This document shows, piece after piece, positions 13,857 through 20,571 of a stretch of 38,402 bases of DNA. Location of the stretch: positions 1 through 38,402 of the IMG/VR virus record IMGVR_UViG_3300045988_041255; one strand, 5' to 3'. Below the pieces are notes generated by a model. It saw nothing but the letters and a program-made list of their open reading frames with translations. It ran no database searches and was not told the DNA's origin. Both the position numbers and the translations under genes were made by a program. Position 1 is the stretch's first letter, and the number at the start of each line of letters is the position of its first letter. The stretch comes from a virus.

Positions 13857-14990
13857 ATGGCAAGGCCTAAAACGCGAAGCGATGGCCTGATAGAGCGCAC
13901 ACGCATGATAAACGGCAAGCAAATGCACTTTTACGGCCACACCGTGAAAGAGGCACAAGCAAAAATGGATGAGGCTATAAAAAAAGCAGCAGCCCGGGAC
14001 GAAAAAGGGCCGCCGTTTGAAGAAGTCGCTGATAAGTTTTGGGCCTACAAGGAGCCACGGCTGAAATACGGCACACAGCGCGGATACCGCCGCGCCGTGA
14101 ATGCGGCAAAAGACTGGTTCAGCGGCGCGGGAATGAAGGAGATCACAACAACGGATATTTCCCGCCGCCTGTCCCAGATGGCCGCCCAGGGCAAGGCCTA
14201 CAAGACAATTGCAAACCAGCGGTCAGTAATTTCGCTGGTCTATCAATTTTGGTGTACCAACATGGACGGAGACCGCAACCCGTGCGACTTGATCCGCCTT
14301 CCGCAGGGGCTGCCGCAAACGAAACGGCATGCACCTACAGACGCGGAAATCGAAAAGGTAAAAGCGCACACCGACGGTTTCGGCCTGTGTGCAGCCTTTG
14401 CAATGTATGCAGGCCTGCGCCTGGGGGAAATCATGGCGTTACAAAAGCGAGACTTGTCTGGCGGGAAAATTCACGTTACAAAGGCCGTTGTATGGCACGC
14501 AAACCAACCGCATATAGAGCCACCGAAAACGGCGAACGCAGTCCGTGTAGTGCCGATTTTGGCCCCTCTTGCCGCAGCGCTTGTAGGGCGGCTTGACGGA
14601 CTGGCCGATGATGATTATATTTTCGGCGGCAACGCCCCCATGACAAACAGCAAGTACGTGAGTGCTTGGCTCAGATACTGCGCGGAGATAGGCTGCACCC
14701 ACGATAGCGGCAGAGTGACCAGCGCGGGAAAAAAGGACAAGCACGGCAAAACCGTTTACAAGCACTTGCCCGCCCCAGATTTCACGGCGCACCAGCTCCG
14801 GCATGAGTTTGCCAGCGTCCTAACTCAATGCGACGTAAGCCCGCAGGTTGCGAAGGAGCTAATGGGTCACGCAGACATCACCACCACTCAAAAGTGGTAT
14901 GCCGAGGCGAAGTCTTGGGCCATAGACGATGCGACAAGAGCTTTAAACGCGCACTATTATCGTAAAAATATCGTAAACGAGCAAAATTAA
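13857..14990 (+). CDS. int: Tyrosine recombinase / phage integrase
   Basis: ATG 13857 after GAGGTGAGGA. C-terminal HQLRHEFAS...LMGHADITTTQKWY (R-H-R-Y type catalytic region). Confidence 0.9.
   Translation: MARPKTRSDGLIERTRMINGKQMHFYGHTVKEAQAKMDEAIKKAAARDEKGPPFEEVADKFWAYKEPRLKYGTQRGYRRAVNAAKDWFSGAGMKEITTTDISRRLSQMAAQGKAYKTIANQRSVISLVYQFWCTNMDGDRNPCDLIRLPQGLPQTKRHAPTDAEIEKVKAHTDGFGLCAAFAMYAGLRLGEIMALQKRDLSGGKIHVTKAVVWHANQPHIEPPKTANAVRVVPILAPLAAALVGRLDGLADDDYIFGGNAPMTNSKYVSAWLRYCAEIGCTHDSGRVTSAGKKDKHGKTVYKHLPAPDFTAHQLRHEFASVLTQCDVSPQVAKELMGHADITTTQKWYAEAKSWAIDDATRALNAHYYRKNIVNEQN
14959..14975 (+). repeat. Copy of the ATCGTAAAAATATCGTA arm-type repeat inside the 3' end of int
   Basis: Identical 17-mer also at 15134-15150 and 15164-15180. 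Confidence 0.8.
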
Positions 14991-15014
14991 GCGATATAAC
15001 GAACAGGTTATAAA

Positions 15015-15038
15015 GTTCGAATCCCTCATGGCCCACCA
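15015..15038 (+). other. attP core candidate: 3' fragment of a tRNA gene (T-loop, acceptor 3' strand, CCA)
   Basis: GTTCGAATCCCTCATGGCCCACCA. No matching T-stem 5' strand or rest of a cloverleaf upstream. Lies immediately downstream of int. Confidence 0.65.
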
Positions 15039-15040
15039 GT

Positions 15041-15088
15041 AAAAAAACCACGACATAGCTTTAAAAAAGCATTATGTCGTGGTTTTTT
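15041..15088. terminator. Bidirectional rho-independent terminator
   Basis: AAAAAAA-CCACGACATA-(15-nt loop)-TATGTCGTGG-TTTTTT. Confidence 0.8.
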
Positions 15089-15097
15089 CTTTGCCTA

Positions 15098-15122
15098 TAC
15101 TGTAAAATACTGTAAAATACTG
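15098..15122 (+). repeat. Tandem TACTGTAAAA x2.5
   Basis: tactgtaaaa tactgtaaaa tactg. Confidence 0.85.
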
Positions 15123-15130
15123 CGAAAAAA

Positions 15131-15180
15131 TGTATCGTAAAAATATCGTAAGCCGGGAAAAATATCGTAAAAATATCGTA
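15131..15180 (+). repeat. Four copies of (A)AAATATCGTA, forming two copies of ATCGTAAAAATATCGTA. Putative integrase/Xis arm sites.
   Basis: tgtatcgtaaaaatatcgta agccggg aaaaatatcgtaaaaatatcgta. Confidence 0.8.
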
Positions 15181-15181
15181 G

Positions 15182-15511
15182 CTATTTCAGCCCGTCCAAC
15201 CGCCGCATGACGCTCTTATAAGCCTTTGGATTTACTATCTCAAGTGTGCTCATAAGCTCGTCCAGCACGTCCAGAGCCGCGCTAAAATCGACTTGTGCGA
15301 CGGCCTGCAAAAAGTCACTGCCGCCAGACACGCGCACCCGTGCAGGAGCCTCTCTGGCCGTCTGCACTGCCGCTTCGGGCGGCTGCGTCTCTGGTGCCAT
15401 GTGCTCCCGGCGGATAGTGTAGAGGTCGGCCAGCTTGCCGCAGCGGGAGTAAGTGAGTTCGCCGTTTTCCAGCTCCGCGATTGCGCCCTCTACCTCTCGC
15501 ATATCAAACAT
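15182..15511 (-). CDS. Hypothetical protein, last gene of the accessory operon
   Basis: ATG 15511 lies 6 nt after GGGGGTG. 109 aa. Confidence 0.6.
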   Translation of the reverse strand: MFDMREVEGAIAELENGELTYSRCGKLADLYTIRREHMAPETQPPEAAVQTAREAPARVRVSGGSDFLQAVAQVDFSAALDVLDELMSTLEIVNPKAYKSVMRRLDGLK

Positions 15512-15528
15512 GGCCGCCACCCCCTACA

Positions 15529-15906
15529 TCAGGCATTTTTCAGCGCGTCGTAGCATCGGCTGATAATCTCCCGGTCGCTGTCGTCTGCGTCGTCCATCAT
15601 CTCCTGCACCCGGCGCAGCATAGCATCTCGCCCATCGTCACGGCTGTAATGCCCGCGCACATAATGCCGCCTGGATCGCGCATAGCTGCTCCCGCGCCCA
15701 TAACCACCACGCATGGACACATCCCAGTCGCTGTCGCGGCTGTATCCATCGTCCTCCAGCATTGTGATTTTGTCGATGTTTTTAATAGTATCGGTCAGCT
15801 TGTGGACGGTTTCCAAGTCACCCGCGGACATTTCGCCCTTTTTGCCGATTTCGTCAAGCTCTGCGCACAGCATGTCCTTCAGATCATACAGGGTTTTCAT
15901 ACTCAT
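15529..15906 (-). CDS. Hypothetical protein with an Arg/Gly/Tyr/Ser/Asp-rich low-complexity centre
   Basis: ATG 15906 lies 7 nt after AAAGGAG. ...GYSRDSDWDVSMRGGYGRGSSYARSRRHYVRGHYSRDDGRD... Confidence 0.6.
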   Translation of the reverse strand: MSMKTLYDLKDMLCAELDEIGKKGEMSAGDLETVHKLTDTIKNIDKITMLEDDGYSRDSDWDVSMRGGYGRGSSYARSRRHYVRGHYSRDDGRDAMLRRVQEMMDDADDSDREIISRCYDALKNA

Positions 15907-15919
15907 TTTCATTCTCCTT

Positions 15920-16342
15920 TCAGCCGACGCGCTCAGCAATGAGATTCGAATTTGCAAAAAGCACCGCCTGTGCACTCGTGTTCTTTGCGGCAACCGTCAC
16001 GCAGCAACCGCGCGGAACGTCCACAAACGCCGCCACAAAAACGTTAAAGTAATTCTCCACTGCTGCGGGCGTAACCGTTGCAGTGGCGCTAACAAGCGGT
16101 TCTCCGTTGATTGTAAGCGCGGAAGTAATTGCACCGACTGTGCCGCCTGTGGGAATTGCGATGTTCGCGCCAAAGCTCACCTTATAACGCGCCTTGCACT
16201 GGTTCGTGATGCCGCGCAAGGTCACAATCCCTGCGCCTTCGCGATGTACGATGCACCCTTTCCCCGCCACCGCCGTTTCGGTCAAGGGGACATTCTGCCC
16301 GGCAGCTACAGTCACAATGCCGGAATTGGTATATTCTGCCAT
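15920..16342 (-). CDS. Beta-rich protein resembling BclA C-terminal / C1q-TNF-like exosporium domains (from memory only)
   Basis: 140 aa of alternating beta-strand-like segments, PRGCCVTV, C-terminal VLFANSNLIAERVG. No collagen repeats. Confidence 0.3.
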   Translation of the reverse strand: MAEYTNSGIVTVAAGQNVPLTETAVAGKGCIVHREGAGIVTLRGITNQCKARYKVSFGANIAIPTGGTVGAITSALTINGEPLVSATATVTPAAVENYFNVFVAAFVDVPRGCCVTVAAKNTSAQAVLFANSNLIAERVG

Positions 16343-16364
16343 AATCTCATCCTTTCATAACACA

Positions 16365-16390
16365 AGCGGCGGGACTTTTGCCCCGCCGCT
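16365..16390 (-). terminator. GC-rich hairpin between the 254-aa and 140-aa genes (partial terminator or attenuator)
   Basis: AGCGGCGGG-gcaaaagt-CCCGCCGCT. The minus-strand tail TGTGTTATG is only moderately U-rich. Confidence 0.35.
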
Positions 16391-16456
16391 CTTTTGCAAA
16401 ATCAGCCAGGGGCTGAACAGCCTACTTATATATAGTAGGCAGTTGCTTACATGATG

Positions 16457-17221
16457 TTAGCAGCCACACCCGCCGCAGCCAGTGCCGCAGCCGGTATAAG
16501 TCCCAGCTGCCCAGGGATTGCACGAGGAGTAAGCCGGGATGGGTGTAGGCCGCAGCTGCTGAATAAGATAGCTGTTCTGCGCCGCCTGGCTTGCCGCCAG
16601 CTGTGCGGCAAAAAGCTGCTGATTCTGCTCGGCAATCTTGGCATCCTTGGCCTCGATGCGCTGTGCAGTCATAGCGTCAAGGATTGCGCGCGCGTTGGCG
16701 TTTTGGTTGTCAATAATGTCGCGGGTACCCGTGTTGATTGCCTGTCTGGTTTCGCAAGCCTGCGTAGCGAGGTTGTAATTTACGCCCTGGATCGCTTCGC
16801 GGGTCTCGCAGCAGCAATTCGCCTGCTGCATCTGCATGGCATTCAGCTGCTGCATAAATGCGGCCTGCTGGTTTGCGCGGCTGATTTCGGCCGACATAAA
16901 GCCGTTACTCATGCCTTGCTGCACACCGTTGATCAGCTGCGCCTGCTGATAAAATCCATCACACATACCGTTGTTAACGGTGTCGATTTTGCGCTCAATA
17001 TTGGCAAAATCAGACGCAAGCACATAACCATCCACAACACCAGCGCCATTGTTTCCCACGCCGTTGCCGCCCCAATTGCCGCCCCAGCCACAAAAAACAA
17101 AGAGGAAAAGGATAATAATCCACCATGCGCCATCGCCGCCAAAGCCCCAGCCACTACCGCCGTTGGAGGTGGCAGGCTGAACCGGCATAGTCATCACGGT
17201 ACCGTCAGAAGATAAGCTCAT
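16457..17221 (-). CDS. Membrane-anchored Gly-rich, Gln-rich, Cys-rich protein of unknown function
   Basis: GGSGWGFGGDGAWWIIILFLFVFCGWGGNWGGNGVGNNG (YjcZ-like Gly plus TM). Internal CETREAIQG / CETRQAINTG repeat, NCCC, C-terminal CGTGCGGCGC. RBS AAAGGAGA. Confidence 0.7.
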   Translation of the reverse strand: MSLSSDGTVMTMPVQPATSNGGSGWGFGGDGAWWIIILFLFVFCGWGGNWGGNGVGNNGAGVVDGYVLASDFANIERKIDTVNNGMCDGFYQQAQLINGVQQGMSNGFMSAEISRANQQAAFMQQLNAMQMQQANCCCETREAIQGVNYNLATQACETRQAINTGTRDIIDNQNANARAILDAMTAQRIEAKDAKIAEQNQQLFAAQLAASQAAQNSYLIQQLRPTPIPAYSSCNPWAAGTYTGCGTGCGGCGC

Positions 17222-17268
17222 AAAATCTCCTTTCGCGATTTAATTAAATTTGATTAAATTAAACTTAA

Positions 17269-17305
17269 ATTGGTTAAAATTTGCTAATTGGTTAAAATTC
17301 GCTAA
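17269..17305. repeat. Tandem direct repeat ATTGGTTAAAATT(T/C)GCTAA x2 in the AT-rich region upstream of 16457..17221
   Basis: attggttaaaatttgctaa / attggttaaaattcgctaa with an 18-bp period. Confidence 0.8.
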
Positions 17306-17332
17306 AAATATAAAAATCGCGGCCACGATTTT
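17305..17332 (-). terminator. Terminator after the 72-aa Gln-rich gene
   Basis: Minus strand: AAAATCG-tggccg-CGATTTT followed by TATATTTTT. Confidence 0.5.
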
Positions 17333-17338
17333 GCAAAA

Positions 17339-17557
17339 TTATTTGATGAATTGCTGAAACTGCTGCGCCATCGCTTGCAGTTGGTTAAGCTGCTGCTGGC
17401 TCATCTTGCCCGATTGCAGCAGCTTTTGCACCTCTGCCTTCGGGTCGCCCTGAAAGCTCTGCCGGAACTGCTGAAATTGCTGCATCATCTGCTGAAATTG
17501 CCCCATTGGGCCGGGCGTTTTTCCGCCACCAAGCGCGTTAAATAGAGGATTGCCCAT
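17339..17557 (-). CDS. 72-aa Gln/Phe-rich low-complexity protein
   Basis: MGNPLFNALGGGKTPGPMGQFQQMMQQFQQFRQSFQG...QQFQQFIK. RBS AAAGGAGG. Confidence 0.65.
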   Translation of the reverse strand: MGNPLFNALGGGKTPGPMGQFQQMMQQFQQFRQSFQGDPKAEVQKLLQSGKMSQQQLNQLQAMAQQFQQFIK

Positions 17558-18008
17558 CGTCTACCTCCTTTTTTGTTAAGGCCTTTTCGGATGCTGCAAG
17601 TGCTTCAAACTTGGCGCTCAAGGCGTCAAATTCCCGCCGGGTGACATACTCTTCTTTTGCCGTCTGCGGTGTCTGCACAGACGGTTTTGGAGCCGCTGTG
17701 CGCTCTGTATAATCAAAAATGCGCAAAGGCTGCGGCATCCCGCTGGCGTCCGTGGCCTTGATGTAAAAAGTGCTGTTTTCGCTGTCCATCAAAAGCACAC
17801 TGTTTCCAGCCGCCACCATATACGCCTTGGCACCTTCCTCGCCCTGTACCCAGATAATGGGAGAACTTTGCTGTGCTGGCTGCTGCGGCTGAGGATATGC
17901 CGCCTGCCGCAGCTGTGCGAGCTGATCAGGCATAGCCGACGGCACCTGCTGCCCCATCGGATAATAGTTCGGCATATAGCCGGGCTGGTACGGATTCCCA
18001 AAAGCCAT
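17538..18008 (-). CDS. Protein with a Pro/Gln/Tyr-rich N-terminus and a conserved-looking globular core
   Basis: MAFGNPYQPGYMPNYYPMGQQ...PQPQQPAQQ, then IIWVQGEEGAKAYMVAAGNSVLLMDSENSTFYIKATDASGMPQPLRIFDYTE. Confidence 0.65.
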   Translation of the reverse strand: MAFGNPYQPGYMPNYYPMGQQVPSAMPDQLAQLRQAAYPQPQQPAQQSSPIIWVQGEEGAKAYMVAAGNSVLLMDSENSTFYIKATDASGMPQPLRIFDYTERTAAPKPSVQTPQTAKEEYVTRREFDALSAKFEALAASEKALTKKEVDDGQSSI

Positions 18009-18014
18009 AATGCA

Positions 18015-18392
18015 TCATCCTTTCTGCCAATAATACAGTGGCGTTTCTTCGCCGCTGTCCCATGTGTCCAGCCAATCGCCGTCTATCACGGTCACGACGT
18101 GTGAGGGCAAGGCCAAAATATACGCCCCCGCCGAATGATCTGCGGCAAAGTCCGCGACGGTGTAACAGTCTGGGCAAGTGTTCGGCAGCGCCTGCCGATG
18201 CCATCCATGCCGCCGAAGAACGCTCCCCCATACGCGATTTGCAGACGGCATATCATGCAGCGCAAAGCCCTCGACTGCAAGGGCGATGTATACCTCTTCC
18301 CAGCTTTTTCCGAATGCCGCCGAAATTGCCCGCACGGTGCAGTCTCCGACGCGCTTGCCGTCTGGGTTTGGATTGTAAGCCCTGTATGCCAT
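18015..18392 (-). CDS. Putative papain/C39-like cysteine peptidase, first gene of the accessory operon
   Basis: GDCTVRAIS (candidate nucleophile Cys) and PSHVVTVIDGDWLDTWD (candidate His/Asp). 125 aa. Confidence 0.4.
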   Translation of the reverse strand: MAYRAYNPNPDGKRVGDCTVRAISAAFGKSWEEVYIALAVEGFALHDMPSANRVWGSVLRRHGWHRQALPNTCPDCYTVADFAADHSAGAYILALPSHVVTVIDGDWLDTWDSGEETPLYYWQKG

Positions 18393-18454
18393 CTGCGCCC
18401 GCCTCTCTTTGCGTCCATTGTACAGTAAACAACGCTAAAACGTAGGACACAGCC

Positions 18455-18472
18455 GGGCCAACTTTGGGCCAA
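18455..18472. repeat. Direct repeat GGGCCAA-N4-GGGCCAA in the divergent control region
   Basis: gggccaactttgggccaa with 11-bp spacing. Confidence 0.7.
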
Positions 18473-18519
18473 AGTATAATTTTACAAAATATTCTGTTGA
18501 TGTTTGTGCAATTTGCCTA

Positions 18520-18548
18520 TTTACAATGTAGAGCTAGAGTAGTATTAT
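18520..18548 (+). promoter_or_regulatory. Promoter of the plus-strand accessory operon
   Basis: TTTACA, 17-bp spacer, TATTAT. About 40 nt upstream of the GGAGG RBS of 18590. Confidence 0.55.
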
Positions 18549-18589
18549 AATAACAACGAAAGCAAAGGAACTAAACGGAGGAACGCACG

Positions 18590-19003
18590 ATGAAAAAGTA
18601 CAACATGAGCAAAATCATGAAAGACGCATGGTGGGCGATGAAGAAAAACAGTGTGGGTGGAGTTCCCCAGATTAAGTTCTCCGAGGCCCTGAAGATGGCT
18701 TGGGAATGGGCAAAGCGCGAAGCGCTCGTCAAGGCCGCCACCGAAGCCGTTGCAACCTCCGGCAAGTACGATTATATCGTCGCAGAGCCGGACGCGGACA
18801 AGCGGCTGTCCATGGCCCGCAAAGCCCAGCGGGCGCTCGTGAAAGCCCATTGGGCCATGAGTGCAGAGGAGCGCAAAGCCGATCAGATTAATTTTGACGG
18901 CGAAAACAAATTCCTCATCACGCTCAAAGAAGCCTGCCTCCTTTGCGAAGGCGGAAACCCCCTCTGGATGTACACCCTCGGCCCCCTGCCTGAGGATGCA
19001 TAA
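18590..19003 (+). CDS. Hypothetical protein
   Basis: 137 aa with a GGAGG RBS. N-terminal MSKIMKDAWWAMKK...FSEALKMAWEWAK helical motif. Confidence 0.7.
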   Translation: MKKYNMSKIMKDAWWAMKKNSVGGVPQIKFSEALKMAWEWAKREALVKAATEAVATSGKYDYIVAEPDADKRLSMARKAQRALVKAHWAMSAEERKADQINFDGENKFLITLKEACLLCEGGNPLWMYTLGPLPEDA

Positions 19004-19036
19004 CAAGCAATCGAATAAAAAATGGAGGAAGCAACG

Positions 19037-19330
19037 ATGAACATCGTTAAAATTTTGAAAGATGTAGACGGGTGCAAGGCGGGCGAACTGCTAGCCAACC
19101 CCACGAACTGGCTTTGGGAGCTCCCCAGAGACAGCTGGGACATCGCCAGCGTCGAAGATATTGCGGAATATTTCCGCAAGGCCACCGCATACGAAGAGGA
19201 AATGAATCCTTTCGCAGAAGCACTCTGCGAGGCGGCAGGCATCGATTGTAACGCTATGTGGGACGACCCGTCAGGCCCATGGCCGTCGATCGAAGCTGCA
19301 GCCGAGAAGCTGGGCGTGGAAATCTACTAA
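19037..19330 (+). CDS. Small, strongly acidic hypothetical protein (97 aa)
   Basis: ATG 19037 lies 7 nt after GGAGGA. Asp plus Glu greatly outnumber Lys plus Arg. Confidence 0.65.
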   Translation: MNIVKILKDVDGCKAGELLANPTNWLWELPRDSWDIASVEDIAEYFRKATAYEEEMNPFAEALCEAAGIDCNAMWDDPSGPWPSIEAAAEKLGVEIY

Positions 19331-19343
19331 AGGAGGAGAAAAA

Positions 19344-19751
19344 ATGAAGTACGAATGGACTACCGCGAAAGGCTCGAAGGTCAAGCTGGACATCAGCACC
19401 AAAATCATCACCGAGCGGGTGAACAACCTTGACGGGTGGGAATACACCGTGCCCTGCCATGAGTGGATGTACACAATCAACTCACTGCTCGTAAACGGGG
19501 AGGAGCGGAAGGCAGGGGCACACAGGCACGAGTTTGGGCGGTTCCCTGGCCCCCGTCGTGTGGCCTATGAGTTTTATCTCCCAGTAGACGGAAAAAAGCA
19601 GCGGGCGCTTGTGGAAATTCCGCCGGAAATCGAAGAGGCCATTTATGGCGAAGAACGTGCTTATTTTATGGCGAAGTTTGAAAAGGAACAGGCCATCGAA
19701 GAAGCGTATCAAAAGCATCACGATGCAGTGCAGCGCATGCTTGACTTGTAA
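19344..19751 (+). CDS. Hypothetical protein
   Basis: 135 aa with an AAAGGAGGAG RBS. Confidence 0.7.
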   Translation: MKYEWTTAKGSKVKLDISTKIITERVNNLDGWEYTVPCHEWMYTINSLLVNGEERKAGAHRHEFGRFPGPRRVAYEFYLPVDGKKQRALVEIPPEIEEAIYGEERAYFMAKFEKEQAIEEAYQKHHDAVQRMLDL

Positions 19752-19763
19752 GGAGGAAGCGAA

Positions 19764-19985
19764 ATGAAGTTGATCGACGACTTGGAACTCGTGTATGACG
19801 AGACCCCGAAGGGATACTGTGGGGACGGCGGCCACGCCCGCGTTAGAATCGTGGGTAAAAACACGCGCGTGACCGTGTGGCAGGGTGTCACCTGTGCCTG
19901 TGGGCGTGGGTGCTTCGGGTATGACTGCGTGCGTGATGATTGGGGATATCATGACACAGACATTGAAGAGTTCAGGGCGGACTAA
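19764..19985 (+). CDS. Small Cys-rich hypothetical protein
   Basis: 73 aa with a TAAGGAGGAA RBS. CACGRGCFGYDC. Confidence 0.65.
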   Translation: MKLIDDLELVYDETPKGYCGDGGHARVRIVGKNTRVTVWQGVTCACGRGCFGYDCVRDDWGYHDTDIEEFRAD

Positions 19986-19999
19986 GGAGGCAAGAGCAC

Positions 20000-20425
20000 A
20001 TGGTCATTACTTTGGCTGAGTACGCCAAGCGCCACGGCCGTGCACTTGCTACCGTGCGGCAGAAGGCATATAGAGGCGGCTTCAAAACGGCCCACCGTGT
20101 GGGTCGAGACTGGTTCATCGACGAGGACGAGCCGCTCGTGGACAACCGCCGGAAGCTGACGGCGAAAGATGTTTTTACCGCCGAAGCATACGGTCCCGGC
20201 GGGCTGAGCGCCGAAGAGCGGCGGCGCGTGCTCAAACTCGAGCAGGCGAAGGAGATCAGCGGCTGGCGGCAGTACCCCAGCACGTGTGAGGCGATCTTTC
20301 AAAACATCCTCGACGCGGGGATGTTTGACCGCTACGGCGCAATGCAGCTGGGCGAGATCGCCGCCCTGCTGAAAAAAGTTTATGACAAAGGCGTGGCCTA
20401 TGGCCGCGAGCACCCAGAATATTGA
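20000..20425 (+). CDS. Protein with an N-terminal excisionase/MerR-like HTH, last gene of the operon (Aca-like position)
   Basis: ITLAEYAKRHGRALATVRQKAYRGGFKTAHRVGRDWFIDEDEP. RBS TAAGGAGG. Confidence 0.6.
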   Translation: MVITLAEYAKRHGRALATVRQKAYRGGFKTAHRVGRDWFIDEDEPLVDNRRKLTAKDVFTAEAYGPGGLSAEERRRVLKLEQAKEISGWRQYPSTCEAIFQNILDAGMFDRYGAMQLGEIAALLKKVYDKGVAYGREHPEY

Positions 20426-20450
20426 CAATCCGCCCCACGTGGGCTATACT
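20422..20450 (+). promoter_or_regulatory. Near-consensus promoter driving the small RNA
   Basis: TTGACA (overlaps the TGA stop of 20000..20425), 17-bp spacer, TATACT. Confidence 0.65.
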
Positions 20451-20482
20451 GAAGTTGTCCCCACACATGGACGCTTGTGTGG

Positions 20483-20520
20483 CGCGGTGGCCAGCAATTC
20501 CGGCCGCTGTGGATTGAAAC
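20483..20520 (+). CRISPR. Solitary repeat unit: hairpin plus the type I-C-like 11-nt crRNA 5' handle TGGATTGAAAC. Single copy, no array, no cas genes.
   Basis: CGCGGUGGCC-agcaauucc-GGCCGCUGUG stem (10 bp including 3 G-U pairs) running into GTGGATTGAAAC (20509-20520). Type I-C repeats end ...GCGTGGATTGAAAC/T. Confidence 0.45.
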
Positions 20521-20571
20521 ACTTGCAGTATTTGTAACAGGCGCATTTTTTGCATCGGTTATGCCGGAAGC

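Noticed and set aside
17339-18392. Bacteriocin system (C39-like peptidase plus a double-glycine-leader peptide)
   Set aside because: The GGG lies only 12 residues in, the supposed leader lacks the usual LS..EL..I pattern, the mature part is Gln-rich rather than amphipathic or hydrophobic, and there is no ABC transporter. Kept only as a weak note within the cluster finding.
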